DNA from: Anolis carolinensis
Taxonomy: Eukaryota
Assembly (NCBI RefSeq): GCF_035594765.1
Contig: NC_085841.1
Span: forward strand, 318,007,402-318,071,401
Length of the DNA: 64,000 nt
Reading direction: 5' to 3'
Part shown: positions 38,546 to 51,418 of the stretch, piece after piece
How positions within the stretch are numbered: position 1 is the first letter of the stretch
Layout: each line of letters opens with the position of its first letter
The notes under the pieces: generated by a model
Told to the model about the DNA's origin: nothing
Seen by the model: the letters and a program-made list of their open reading frames with translations, nothing else
Databases searched by the model: none
Made by a program: the position numbers and the translations under genes

Positions 38546-39424
38546 TGTGATGCCCCATGGGCCTTGGAGTCCTGACCCCAGTGCCATCATGGATCATGAT
38601 GATGAAAACATGGGATTTTTGCCGTCTCAACAAGAGACCGTGCCATTCCAGATGCCTGTTGTGGACAATTCTTGCCAAGAACTCATTAAAACAGACCTTG
38701 AACAAGTTCTTCCCAGCGCTTCTCCCCCCTTCGTGAGACGGGAGTTTTTTGAGGCGAGCTGTTTCCAGAGAGCGCAAACAAGGAGAAGCGTGAGATTAGC
38801 AGCAAGACAGGGTGCTAATTAGCTAGTTTCCCCTGGGAGCTTTCAGGGAGGAACGCATCTGGATGAAGATGTGTTTCGCTTCTTTTTCCCTTGGGAAAAG
38901 AAGCTCTGGACACCTGTTTGCAGGAAGATTCGAAGTTCCTTAAAAGCTTTTCGCACGGGCAAATCTGAGCGGAGTCAACGTGTCAGTTGAAGGATTAACT
39001 TCGGTTCTAGTTAAGTGTGGACTGCGTTTTGAGTCCGCTATCTCTAGTCTCTCCGTGCCTTGCCTTGCCGTGTACTTGACCGGTCACCGTGTTCCCAGCC
39101 TTGCATCTTGTGCCAAGTACCCAGTCTTGTCTTCAGTTCCTGCCTTGGACTTACTTTGAACTCTAGAAAAACTTTGGACGCTTTCCCCACTCTAACTGCT
39201 TGGAAGTAGAGTGTGTTTCGGTTTTGGGATTATAACTTTGAACTCTAATATTATATACTGGACAATATATTTCTGGACTATATTTGACCTTCCCTGAAAG
39301 GTCTACTGCTGGACTACATTCTCTACTTGTTTTTATCCTATTATAATATTTCCTTAATAAAGATATTAGATTGTTATTGGCCTCCGTGTGTTGGTTCTTA
39401 GTGCTCCGCTGCCAGGGCGTGACA
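38546..39424 (+). mobile_element. Solo LTR (Gypsy-type, 879 bp), related to 60103-61078
   Basis: TGTGA...TGACA ends. Perfect 5-bp TSD CCCTG at 38541-38545 and 39425-39429. AATAAA at about 39356. 3' third clearly similar to 60860-61078. Confidence 0.93.
38547..38822 (+). CDS. Putative LTR U3-encoded peptide (91 aa; ends RRSVRLAARQGAN*)
   Basis: Intact frame from LTR base 2. Aligns at protein level with 60104-60397 at both ends. Confidence 0.55.
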   Translation: MMPHGPWSPDPSAIMDHDDENMGFLPSQQETVPFQMPVVDNSCQELIKTDLEQVLPSASPPFVRREFFEASCFQRAQTRRSVRLAARQGAN

Positions 39425-42164
39425 CCCTGGTGCTTTTAATCCAGTTCTTAATGAAGGATATAAGGACAAACGATGCCTACAATGACGGGATTGAAAATGG
39501 ATTTCTGTCCTTCCGTATTCGGGAGGCTCCTGAAAAATGGATCAGGCCCCCACTGAAATCCAGGACACCAAAACAGATCATGGTTTACCTGAATTGCAGA
39601 AACCTAATGGTAATGCCCAGAATGTCATTAATTATATTCTTTAACATTATAACTGTATGTTGGCTGAGCACTGGTTATTAAAAGCAGAAGTAAAGACAAC
39701 AATTTCAATCTTAACAATAGTAATAACTGTACTTTTTAAAAAATCCACAAAATTATTATCCTTATTTTCATGCTTTATGGTTTGAGTAGAGCTCTGGACA
39801 GGACAGAGACATGAAATGCCTTTGGATCCGGTTCAAGCAGAGCCAGCTGACTAATTGCCTCTTCTGTTTGGAGATAATCGGTTGCTTATAAAACATTATC
39901 CTTCTGCAAGCTTACCTTATTATTAATGTAATGTTTTATGAGTAGAGTCAACTGCAAGGAAACAAGAGAAATATCCACCCTGGGGTGTTTTAAAGCTGGA
40001 GGGGAAATGAACACACACAGGCACACAAACGCACACACCATGGGATTTTATCAAGGCATTGCAGCTTTGACCTGTATTATTTGTTTCTATTTTTAAAGAT
40101 CCAAATATCATCCTGGATAAAAGTCAGCAGAGACATGAATATGTCTGCAGGATGTCTGCTATGATTAATCTTAATTCACAATGAAGATGTTGAATAAAAC
40201 AATGTGTATTATAATATATGCCTTATTAAAAGAAAATGCTAAATATTAAAACTGCATCCTGAGGGTTTTTTTTTTTAAAAAAAATCCTGGCCACAGAAGT
40301 ATGTTCTGTCCCTGCTTTAGCACTTTCTAAAACCAAAAGCCAGTGCATTTTATTTTGATTGTAGATATGGTTTCTCTCACTCTCCCTCCTTTCTGCCTCT
40401 GTGTGATAGTTTGCCATACAAAAAAGATATAGCTCAATAAAATGAAAGATCCACTGTACTGTATTATTGGCCTGAAGGAATTCTTCATCAGGTTAATGGA
40501 TCTGATGGTTTCCTCTTCACTGGTTTTCAGGATGATTATATTTTATTTATAGGAAGAAAATAATAGTTAATCATAAATATATTGAAAATGTGTTGTAATA
40601 CTGCGTACATTGGTAATAATAACACAGGTATGGAAACAATTTTCTCTTTGGTTTTGTTTCCCTAAGTGCTGATGTTTTGCAAATCCATTGACTTGAAATT
40701 AAATAGCCTCCTGTATCAGCAGCGAAAGAGTTACATTCCATCTATTGCTCTATCTGTATTGCTTTGCTGATCAGAGAGATTTCATTACACAGAATACTTT
40801 TTACACCTGAGGTGCTTCTTTTTGAAATAGCAAAATAGTGAACAAAATAGCCGAGAGCTGAAATCTCGTGGATAGCAAACAAGTTGTCCTCTGGAGGCTA
40901 TAAGATCTGATTTCCAAGTCAGCTGAGTCATTTGCCAGATGAAAAGCCTACTGGTCAACCATAATTGTGTCCAGAGGTTTGAATCTTAAACCATTATATG
41001 TGGCTTGCAAATTTATACTGGAAATATGAGAAACAGCATGAACAGAAGCATGTTGTAAAGCAAAACCACAGTACCTAGAGAATTGGATAATTTATTGCAG
41101 GCTTAAAAAAAAACTTTAAACTCTTACCTGTGTCTTTTATGTGCAAATTTAAATGGATCTGGGAATAGTTTTGTATTTGATGCAAGCTTATACATGTTAA
41201 CAAAACAAGTGGTGTAATTTTAAACTGTAAGATCCTCAGTGAAGGAGGGAAGGCAGCAGTATTGTATTTGCAACAATGCTGAATTATAGCATTCCACTCA
41301 TCTTACTGTAGTTTACTGAGTTGGGTGGCTGAAGGTGGGGAGGTGCTGAATCAAAGTTAGTCCTCAGGCAACCAGAAATGCTTGTTACATGGGTCCCTAA
41401 TGGGTGGCAAAAGATCGACTGTGGCATTGCATTTCACCAAAAAATAAAAGAGAGACTTCTCTGCAGTTCCATTAGTCATAATGATTGAAATCCACTGCAT
41501 CACTGTGGGGTAGAACAGCAGACAGACCATTTTGGGAGTGAATCGCAGATTCTACACAGATTTTTTTCAGGGGAAGAAAAGGCGAGAGACAAGAAGATAG
41601 CAATTACTGTTGAATTTTTCATGCTTACAATGTGTTATTATCTCAACCCAGCACTCCCTCTAATGGCTATGTATGGCCTTTGACTGGACACCTACATTAA
41701 TTTTAGAGCTCTTCTATTGTTTTGCTTGCAGCAAAATTTGACATAAATGCAATGTTTCACCTCAGGTTGAACTTGGTGGGGAAACAACATGAAAGTCAAT
41801 TAAAATCTCAACTCACTTCCCACTATTTTTTCAATAACATTTTTTTATCATCCATTATTATTATTTCACACCAAAAGGTGTTTGAAAGACCTTTGGGTCG
41901 GTGCTACCAAAAGAAAAGACTGTCTGCCACACTTTCTTTTGCTGAGATACATCAGAAGCAACATTTTAAATAATACCTATGAAAATAATGTAGAACATGA
42001 GATATCGGGTAAAATGATAATGATAACGTCTTCTAAGTTCTAATGCAATAGGGCTCCAGTTCAAATCCCGTTCATAAATATGGATTCTCTTTGGTATTGT
42101 GGCTCAGTCTATGCTTTCAAATGAAGAAAAACAACATTAGATTATTTTAAAGAACTGTTTTTAT

Positions 42165-42637
42165 GATTTCTGAGATATTGCACTGATATTGCTTGGGACT
42201 AGAAGTGTTTTGGGATTTTATAAATATTTAGGATTATTTGCATATAATGAGATATATATAATGAGATATATAATGAGACTTGGTGGACCCAAGCCTGAAT
42301 ACAAATGTCATTTATGTTTCATATACACCTTATTCACATAGCCTGGCAGTAATTTTATATATTTTAAAAATAATTTTGTATCACAGAAAAATAACAGATT
42401 ACTTTTTCTAGATCTGTAACTTCATTTAAAAATATTATCAAGTAAAAAATTATAGGCACAGACACAAGCAGGTGAATGTGGTATAATGCCGGGATAACAC
42501 TCATATTTTTGTACCTGTCCTCTTCAGCCACTGGGCCTCGGAAAGCAAAGGTGTCACTATCTTAGCCATCTATGGGGACAATTGTAGATTTTGGAGCATT
42601 TTGGATTTAGGAGTGCCAGAGGAGTGGGCTGAACCTG
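42165..42637. mobile_element. Old Tigger-like MITE remnant
   Basis: Ends GCTGAACCTG-TA. Internal similarity in reverse orientation to 54044-54367. Confidence 0.45.
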
Positions 42638-44178
42638 TATGTACTAATGAGTATCCATATTTATGCAAACATTCTTGGAAATTGGATTCTTTTCCACAAA
42701 ATTTATCAGATTATCCTTATGAGCAAGACCAATACTCTGGCTTTGCCTTATTAATATGGTATAAAGGTATCAAAGGTGTCATAATTTAATCAGAGGAAAC
42801 ACCTTGATATGCTTTCAAATCAATGATATGCACTATTTTATTGTTTGGAAAAAGAAAAAAAAACGGAATCAATAAATTTTACTGTACTCCACTAATAATT
42901 TGTAATTGAAAGTCAAAAATACGGGTAGAGATTGTATAAGCAGAAGTAGAGAAACTAGCCAATAAGATTGAAGAAAGCACACCATTGAAATGACCAAAGA
43001 AAGAGAAGTGATTCTAAGTTATCAGAATCTCTCTCTCTCTCTAAAGAGCAAGATAGTTTATCCAAGGCTAAGGGCCAAATTAACAGACATTTTGGTAATA
43101 CAAATGTTAAATTCTCTCTCCCAACCTCCTGTGGAGCGGACAGTATTCAGGCTCTCCTAAATTTATTTGAAACCTCTGCTAGTTCTAAGAAGCTTCTGTA
43201 TTGCTGCATCTGGAAAAATCATTTAGGTGCTATATAGGTAAAGCCCACCAAATGCAGTCCAAATGAAAAAGTTTTACTTTTGTTCGAGATAGAAACCTCA
43301 CAGAGTTAAATCCTAGTTCCTCAACTCCTTTTTCTTTAGGAGTCCCCTGTTGTAGCTAAAATGAAGTATCCCCAATGCAGAAAATGTATCTGATGTAGCC
43401 ATGTTAGCCATACAGCAAAATTCAACAACATCCAAAATCCACAAAAGTGTTTTTCTGATGTAGTGGTACAGAGGTTTCATGAGAAGTTCAATGTTATCTA
43501 CTTAAAAAGGGTAGGTAGCCTTATTCAGGACAGAAATGGCCCAAGCATAACTTAAGTAGCACAGGGCCTTGTTTGTCCTAAATCCAGCACGGAGCAGCTT
43601 GGATAGAGGGATACAAAGGCAGAGGAAAGTTGTGGTGTGTACAATCGTCAAGGGAGATAGTGCGATGTCAGTAATGTGGGAGAGTGTTGTTTTTTTCTTC
43701 CCATACTATTTAGTGGGAAATCCCTACAAGCTCTGTTAATATGGTTTTTTGGCCAGTAAAAATTAATAATATTGCCATGATGAAACATGCAAAATAAGTT
43801 TCAATTTTTGTTAATATGAATATCAGACTAATAGTGCAAACAGGCAATGGTGCCAAAACCAAATTCTAAAGAAAATCAAACTAACTGGATAATACATTGA
43901 ATATAGTTTTGGCAGAAGTAATAATCATTCTTGTTAAAATCTGTCTGGCCCAGAAACCCTACAACTGTCATGGATCTGCTTAATTTTCAAAATACTATTG
44001 TTTTAATTGTTTTGAAATTGTGTAATTTGCAATTGTTAAATTACTTAATACAGTAATTGTAGACAGCTGAAATTATTCCTCATAGGTTTTCAATTTAAAT
44101 TCTTCTAATTCTATCTTTTAGCTTTAAACTTATATCAGATTATATACGGTTGATATAATCTGATATAATATAATACAA

Positions 44179-44408
44179 CCCGGGGCTGTGGCGCAGACGG
44201 GAGAGCAAACCAGTGCAATTAACTGCGATGAATCACTGACCAGGAGGTCATAAGTTCGAGGCCCGCTCGGAGCTATGTTGTTGTTTGTCTTTGTCCTATG
44301 TTAAAAGGCATTGAATGTTTGCCTAATATGTGTAATGTGATCCGCCCTGAGTCCCCTTCGGGGTGAGAAGGGCGGAATATAAATGCTGTAAATAAATAAA
44401 TAAATAAT
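44179..44408 (+). mobile_element. Short tRNA-derived SINE with L2-type tail
   Basis: A box TGGCGCAGACGG, B box GTTCGAGGC. 3' GGCATTGAATGTTTGCC...GATCCGCCCTGAGTCCCCTTCGGGGTGAGAAGGGCGGAATATAAAT(AAAT)n. Many CpGs retained, suggesting it is young. Confidence 0.85.
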
Positions 44409-44494
44409 ATTTGTTGGATTAATGTGAAGTTGAATACAGACTGGCTCTGACTTTTGGCCCAATGCTACTGGCCCTGTTGTAACGGTCACACAGT

Positions 44495-44668
44495 GTTTTA
44501 CTGTTTTAATGGGGTATGATACTGTTTTTTAAGTGTGTTTTTACGATTGTTTGTTTTTACTATATTTTGAATTATATGTGGCATTAATCTTGCCATTATG
44601 TAAGACCTCTCTGGGTCCCCCCTGGGGAGAAGAGCGGTATATAAAATAAATAAATAAATAAATAAATA
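44495..44668 (+). mobile_element. L2-type 3' end fragment
   Basis: TGTAAGACCTCTCTGGGTCCCCCTGGGGAGAAGAGCGGTATATAAAA(TAAA)n. Confidence 0.7.
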
Positions 44669-44795
44669 TCTTTTGGTTCTATGATAGAGGACAGGATAGC
44701 ATTGTTTTAATGAATTATTACTACATAGCAATTATTTCTAGAATTAAAAATGCTTAGGAAAAAGGGAACACTACAACCCTGCCTGGTCTATCTAG

Positions 44796-44826
<31 letters not shown>

Positions 44827-46439
44827 TTACAGAAATAAAAAGATGTAGCTATAAATGTAGATACAAGTGAAAGAGAATAACAAACTTATTTTGAAAGAGG
44901 AAAGAATTTGAGCTAAATAATAGAGAAAACCCAGTTAACACACATAAGAAGATATCCTCTGTGAAGTGCAGAATTTTGAACAATTACCCAACAGGGATGT
45001 ATATTCAGCTCAGTAACTTTGGTTTGTTCAAGCCTAGTATTCAAATAACTAATACACTTTAATATAAGGCTAAGGAAATAAAAGGAGACAAATGTTTTAA
45101 GTTATAAAACAGTGAAAAATACTTAGTTGCATGTCTATAATTTTACATAGACTGAGCCAATAAACTCCAAGATGCTTTTTATTTCCTTTTATGCAAATAT
45201 GCAATAAGCGTGATTATATTGTTTGCAATGATTTACAAATCTTGCTCTAAAGTTCACATTCCGATGCTTTAAGATTTCTGCAAACCAGAACAACATATAT
45301 CCTCACACTCACCTGGTTTTATTTGTTATTCCAAGAGACATTATTACATTTAATTATTTCTTAAATCAAATGTATTCAGTCTTAAACAGCATTTGTAATT
45401 GAAATGGTTTGGGATGAAACTTTAGTTGCTGTCTCATTCCTTTAAATCTTTCTGTTTTTATTTAATACTGAGAGAAAAATTTCTATCTCATGTATCACTA
45501 AAATTAATACTTTGGATAATTATTTGTTTTATTTTTCATATCATGCCATTTCAAACCTGCTTTACTATTTCCTTGGGGAAAATACTTTCACTATCCAGTG
45601 GGTTGGATCCAAATTTTATTCTTACAACAGCCACTATTTATGAGCAAGATTCTATTCAGAATTCTGCCAAGGTATTTTGGGAAACTAGTCTTTGCAGTAA
45701 CAAAATAGGTAGAATACTTGTTAGGGTTTTTACTGTAATGGGTGTAACTGTAAGTGTGGGTTGGAGAGTAAACTCTACAATTTGTTCTCCTAGGTGGCCG
45801 AATGAAAATGGGTGCCTGGCTAATACCTTTCTCTAAGGTTGCTTCTATACAGCCACATCATCTGGATCACAACAACATTTTTTCCTACCCCATTTGGATA
45901 AATGTCCTGAACTGCAGCATCCCATGGGATGAGAATCAGTAATGGAGCTCATCTTCCAACTCAAAAACAAAAACGGAAATGTGATTTATTTTCAGGGAGT
46001 GAGAGAAAAAGGTGTTTGATAACCTTTCTAAAGGCTTTTCTACACTTACTAAAACCCAGGTGGAAGAGGGGTTAAAATAACCTGCTTCCTCCTGGGTTTA
46101 AGTCCCCACCCCCTCCCACAACCCTGGGCTTGGCATCCAGCCACTCCCCCAGCCCCCTATTCCTCCATCAAAACTTACCCAAAGGGGCCTTCTGGCAGCG
46201 CAGGCCCCTCTGGAGTGTCCTCCCCCTCCCCCTTCTGACACATCATTTCCAAGCATCAGGATGACTCTGCAGAGGGGCCTGCATTGCCTGCAGTTCCCTC
46301 TGGAAAGTTTTGAAAGAGAAATGGGAGTCTGGGAGGGGGGGGGGAGCCCAAAGAACTGGGATTGCAATAGAGATTGACCACTGAGATCGTGGAATGCGGT
46401 CCCAGAAGTCAATGAGAACTACGGTATATCATATTTGGA

Positions 46440-46783
46440 CCTTTCTAGTCCATGCCAGCCCAATGGTCATCGTTTGACCATATAACCACCTACACTGTGA
46501 ACTCTAGTTGGCTGCTGTAAATTAATGTGGATGTTTGTTTGGATTTTGTTATTATATAATTTTGTTTGACTACATGCAGTTTAATTTATTGATGTTGGGT
46601 TTAATTCACTGATGTTAGGCTTTAATTTGATGTTAGGTTTTAATGTGATTTTTATATGTGGGGTTTCTCTGGGACTTTATGTCAGTATTGTTTGTTTACG
46701 AAGGCATTGAATGTTTGCCATTTTATGTTGGAATCCGCCCTAAGTCCCCTTGGGGAGATAGGGCGGAATACAAATAAATTATT

Positions 46784-46830
<47 letters not shown>
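46440..46830 (+). mobile_element. L2-type 3' end with (ATC)n tail
   Basis: GGCATTGAATGTTTGCC...GAATCCGCCCTAAGTCCCCTTGGGGAGATAGGGCGGAATACAAATAAA followed by (ATC)n at 46783-46830. Confidence 0.75.
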
Positions 46831-47919
46831 TGTCATCATCCCCACAGGCCCAGCACCTTTTAGTAAGGTCCAGACTTGTTGAGGTGTTTAACTTTGGTTA
46901 AACCCGTTACCAATCACAGGTTTTGGGCCTGTGTAGAAGGGCTCTGAGAGTGCCATATCTGGTTCCTTTATCCAGATTTTCCAGAGGTGGCGATGTTTGC
47001 ATGAGTGCTGTGCATGCTCTTCCTGGATTTCTGCTCTGCAGCGTCCATGCACTGATCAGCTGCAGCACATTTTATAACTGATTTTGGAGTTTCTCTTGAT
47101 GTTTTTAAACACACATTTTCCATGTGGTTGCGCATTACAGCACACATTAGGGGTATGCATTTTCTAGTCTTCCCCTCAATAATCTACATCATTCTCGATT
47201 TTACAGCATGTGTAGATGGGGCCTTAGACACTGAAGTATTATGGTCCATATGAATCCCTGAAGTCTGTTTTTTAGGCACGCCCAATCAACCCAATTTTAA
47301 AAAATACCCACATGGCATTGTGTTTAATTTTAAAATTGTTAAGGAACAAATGCCCCCCCCCCCCCCAACTCTTAGCATTTGTACACGACAGGCTAAAAAC
47401 TCTCTCTTCTTACTGAAAGTGACTGGCAGAGCTTTTTAAAGAAAAATCTTGCTTTGCAGAAGCAGCAAATAAAACTGTGCTCCAATCTATCCCCATAAAA
47501 CAGTCACTGAGGCAAATTGCCTTTTGTAGAGAGAGCTACAAAGGACAGTCTGACTTTGAAGTGGACAGTATTTTAATGTGGGCTGGAGTTTATTAAGAGT
47601 TATGAAGTATTAGCTGCTTTGAGTCCCCTTGGAGAGCTAGGCGGTGTATAAATAAAGTATAGTAAATAATAAATGTAAATAATAATAATCTACATGGGAC
47701 AGGTAAATTGGGGCACTACTGCCCTGGAGCTGCCCTGGATCCAACACATACCTGCTGAATCTAGTGCCATGTGTCCAGATGTTCCATCTCACCCCTTGCT
47801 GGTCTTATCTTGCTACCACTGCTCTGCACCAACCACAGAGCTTCCTGAGACAGCCTGGTCATCACTTGTCTCATCTGCTGACAGGGTGCCCATGATCAGC
47901 AAGGACAAAATAGTATGTA

Positions 47920-48072
47920 TTTACATATGTGCCTTCAAATGGCATGTCAGTTCATGCCAACCCCATGAATTTAATAGGAATATTCAGAAATGGCTTTGCC
48001 AGTGTCTTCCTTGAATTACAGCATACAGCACCCAGCATTCATTGGCAGTCTCCCATCTAAGTACTAACCTGT
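47920..48072 (-). mobile_element. 5S rRNA-derived SINE (SINE3 type), 5'-truncated
   Basis: Minus strand CAGGTTAGTACTTAGATGGGAGACTGCCAATGAATGCTGGGTGCTGTATGCT resembles the 3' half of 5S rRNA. Followed by GGAAGACACTGGCAAAGCCA (RTE-type) and a tail similar to 18970-19040. Confidence 0.7.
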
Positions 48073-49975
48073 ATTCCTCCATTTCCACTTGGTGAGGTGA
48101 TTACAGACTTTGAAATCTACCAATCTGGCTTTTGTGTTTGAGCACAGGTATTCCCCAGGGGAAATGTACCTCATATGCCTTGTGTTAAGGAATGTAGATG
48201 CAGCCCTCAGTACTTGAGCCATAAATAAAACGAAAAGCTTTTAAAATAACCCTCAATGAATAAATGAATCTACAATTCAACCCAAATTTGTTACAGTTTG
48301 GTTGATTATTCAAGTGGAATAAAATATTTTAGGATTAAAAATTGCACAAAAAGGAGCTAATTTGATTAAAGCCATATATTACTCTGTATCTATTTCCTCA
48401 TTACCACTCACGGTTTGACACTTGTGAAGTAAACGGATGTTAATATCATACATTAGGAAGAATTCCCCTCCTGAGAGCAAAGCTAGCTTAGCGAAGTGAT
48501 ATTTAATGCTTTCTATGATATTTATTTAACTAAAATGGCTGATTAGATGTTAAACAGAACAGAGGTTAATGATCTTTGTTATTGGTATTATAAAAAAATT
48601 AAGAAAGAATAAAATAGGGTTAATGATGTATGCCATTATTGTTATTACGGGGATTAAAAACATGCAGTTGTAGGCTGTATAGAAAAATGGGCCCCAAGCT
48701 GTGAGTAATTAGTGAAATTGTATTGTGCTTTAACCTTAGCCAGTAATTAATTACTAGGATCGGATGCTGTTGCTTATGAGCATCGGTCTGGACCAGTTAG
48801 TTATAACATATTAAAATCTACTTATAATTTTTAATGAAAAAGAAATAGCAAAGAAAATGTGTCTTATCTCAAGCTAGGTTTAAAACTATGCTTCTATCAG
48901 TAGCATATACATTGAAAAGGAAGAAGAGAAGTCAAAAAAGGTCACATGCCCACTGGGCAGCAAGTACCATATTAAAAGATGAATGAGATTTGAGATGATG
49001 TAGCTTTCGGCCTTCTTTAGTTTGTAGGATAACCTAAATTTGTTCAACTTATTGCATAGATGTCCTTGTGACTGAGCTGTCATCTTGTATCTTGCCCTTT
49101 TCCCTCTGTTTCTATCATTTGTATAATGAAAAGGGTCAGGGAGATTGTTAATATATAACAAACTCCTTTGCAAATAATTACCTATCTATAATTTAGAACA
49201 TTATAATTTATTATATGTAAAAAAATGTTTAAAGAAATGAGCAAAGGTGCTGGCCATCCATTATCAATTCACTGAAATACTTACATATTAGACTTGAAGT
49301 TCCCATGAATTTTGGAATCAAACAATTACTAACATTATGAAAGTCATGTTGGTTGACACCCCCCCCCCCCCAAAAATCATTCCAGTCAGTGGACCAGTCA
49401 AAAATAGTCAGCTTTTCCACAATATTCTCCCTCCCTTCCCCATTTATCTGAGAAAACCCTGCCTTTATATGCAGTATTTGGACCTGCAGGGCAGTTGTAA
49501 TGCTGTGATGATGTGGAAGAAAAACCATAACTTGTCTCTTGATATCATATGACCTTTGGTTTCTCCCAAGTCACAGTGGACTATTGTTATATATGCAATT
49601 CTTGTTTGGTACATTACAAGAGTTTGTCTTGGAAAAGTAGTTTGTGCATGACCTGAGAGTTTCATGTTATCAGCAGAGAAAATGCAAGCTTCTAAATGTT
49701 CTTCCCTCACTGATTTTCATGCTAATAGGTTTCATTTATTCTGTCCAATGCCATAAGGTAAGCTTGCATATGCATGCCCTGTTTCACAACAAAAATATGT
49801 TGTAGATATTATATATACACCTGATTGTGTCTGTGCCTATTATTATGTTATTTATAACATTTTAAAAAGATGTTACAGGGCTTAAAAAAGTACTATTTTG
49901 AAAAGTAATTTTTGTCACAATTTGGTTTTCTTATAGTTAAAAGATAATTAAAAATACAAAAATGATTAAAACTTA

Positions 49976-50752
49976 CTGTATTTACTCGAGTAATACACAC
50001 CTTTTTTGACCGAATTAAATCACCAAAAATGAGGTGCACATTAGATTTGATGGTACATTAGAATTGTGCACATACTCCTTCCCGTTCCTTGTTGGTGCCA
50101 CCCTGTAGGATGTGAGCACCTTGCAGCCACTGCCATCACCTGCTCCTCCCTCTCCTGTTGGGTTAGTCACCCACTCAGCAGTTGCCACACTCACCCAACT
50201 TGACCTCCTCACCTCAGTCTAGCAGTCCGAGAGCTTTGCCTGTTGCAAATGCCTTGCAGCCGCTGCCGCTGCCTCCTCTTCCGCCTCCTCATCCTCCTAC
50301 TTTTCCATTGAATTGGTCTTTCACTCAGTAGCCACCCCATCTCAATTGGCTTCACCTCATCACCTCAAACCGGCAGCCTGAGAGCTTGGCCTGATGAACG
50401 GGCACGACTTCTCCTTGTCTGTTGGCCATTCCACTGCCTGCCTCCCTGATGCAACCTTGCTTGTGCTGTTGGGCCTGTTGTCAGGGAGGCAAGCAGAGAA
50501 AAGTGAGTGAGAGAGTGGGGAGCAGTGCCTCCCAACTAATCTCATTCATGAGGCCTTCAAAATCTCCCCCTTGGTTTTGAAAACCTCATAAATGTGACCA
50601 GATGGGAACTCCATGAGAATGGTAAAGGTGGATGGCTTCGTGTTCACATATAACACTAATAAACTGGGTGCATCCCTTTTTTGTTATGTGCACTTTCAAA
50701 ATTGAGGTGCATGCTACATTTGATGGTGCATTATACTTGAATAAATATGAGT
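49976..50752. mobile_element. Old mariner/pogo-type non-autonomous DNA transposon
   Basis: TA-CTGTATTTACTCGAGTAAT ... ATTATACTTGAATAAATATG-AG-TA imperfect TIRs. Subterminal direct repeat AAAATGAGGTGCA..TTAGATTTGATGGT at both ends. Confidence 0.6.
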
Positions 50753-51119
50753 ACTTAACTAAAGTAATTTCTACACTGACCATCGGAGTAGAAATGGATC
50801 GGCCCCATGATAACTAAATGTTGCAGGGGCTGATCCGGGTTAACCTGGCCTATCTTAACATGACTTCGGCCTGGGTTAGGCTAGGTCAGGGAACACCCAA
50901 ATCCTACCCCAGGATTCGGACTTTCTTTTCCCTTAAGGTAGTTGGGCAGTTGGGCTAGAAATGTTCAAATATGGGTTTTATGTATGAAAGACCTAAAAGC
51001 CTAAATAGATTTTAAAGAAATAATAAGCTTCAGAGGAAAGGCAATGCAACATTTTGCAGTTTAAAAAAAGCCAATGAGTAACTAACTAGAACATTTTTAG
51101 ATCTTCTGTACATGATAAT

Positions 51120-51368
51120 TTAAAAACCATCTAAAGACACATCTCTTCCAGCAGGCCTACCCAGACAGTTTTTTTTACTATTAATCTTAAACTCATGTCC
51201 TTTGTTTGATGTCTGTTTTGTGTATGTTAATATGTATTTTATAGAAATGCAGTTTTAATGTGGATCTTTTATAGAAATATGTATATTTATTAAATTTTTG
51301 CAATGTTCGTATTTTTAATTGTGTTGTTACCCGCCTTGAGCTGCAGGGAAGAGCAGATAAAAAATAAA

Positions 51369-51418
<50 letters not shown>
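51120..51418 (+). mobile_element. L2 3' end with (ATT)n tail
   Basis: TTTAAAAACCATCTAAAGACACATCTCTTCCAGCAGGCCTAC (FKNHLKTHLFQQAY), CCGCCTTGAG...GGGAAGAGCAGATAA and (ATT)n at 51369-51417. Confidence 0.8.

Larger units (their letters stand above)
36275..39606. mobile_element. Non-autonomous hAT-like element with an internal ~70-bp tandem array, hosting an L2 and a solo LTR
   Basis: Termini TAGGGTTGTGC / GCAGAAACCTA (9/11 inverted). 8-bp flanks GTGATAAT/ATGGTAAT (6/8). Repeat units start at 36461, 36531, 36600, 38517 and about 39473. Confidence 0.6.

Noticed and set aside
45426-45836. 136-aa hydrophobic ORF
   Set aside because: AT-rich chance ORF with a non-ATG start and no domain or splice support.
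48020-48072. 5S rRNA gene
   Set aside because: Only the diverged 3' half is present, fused to a retroposon tail, so it is a SINE head.
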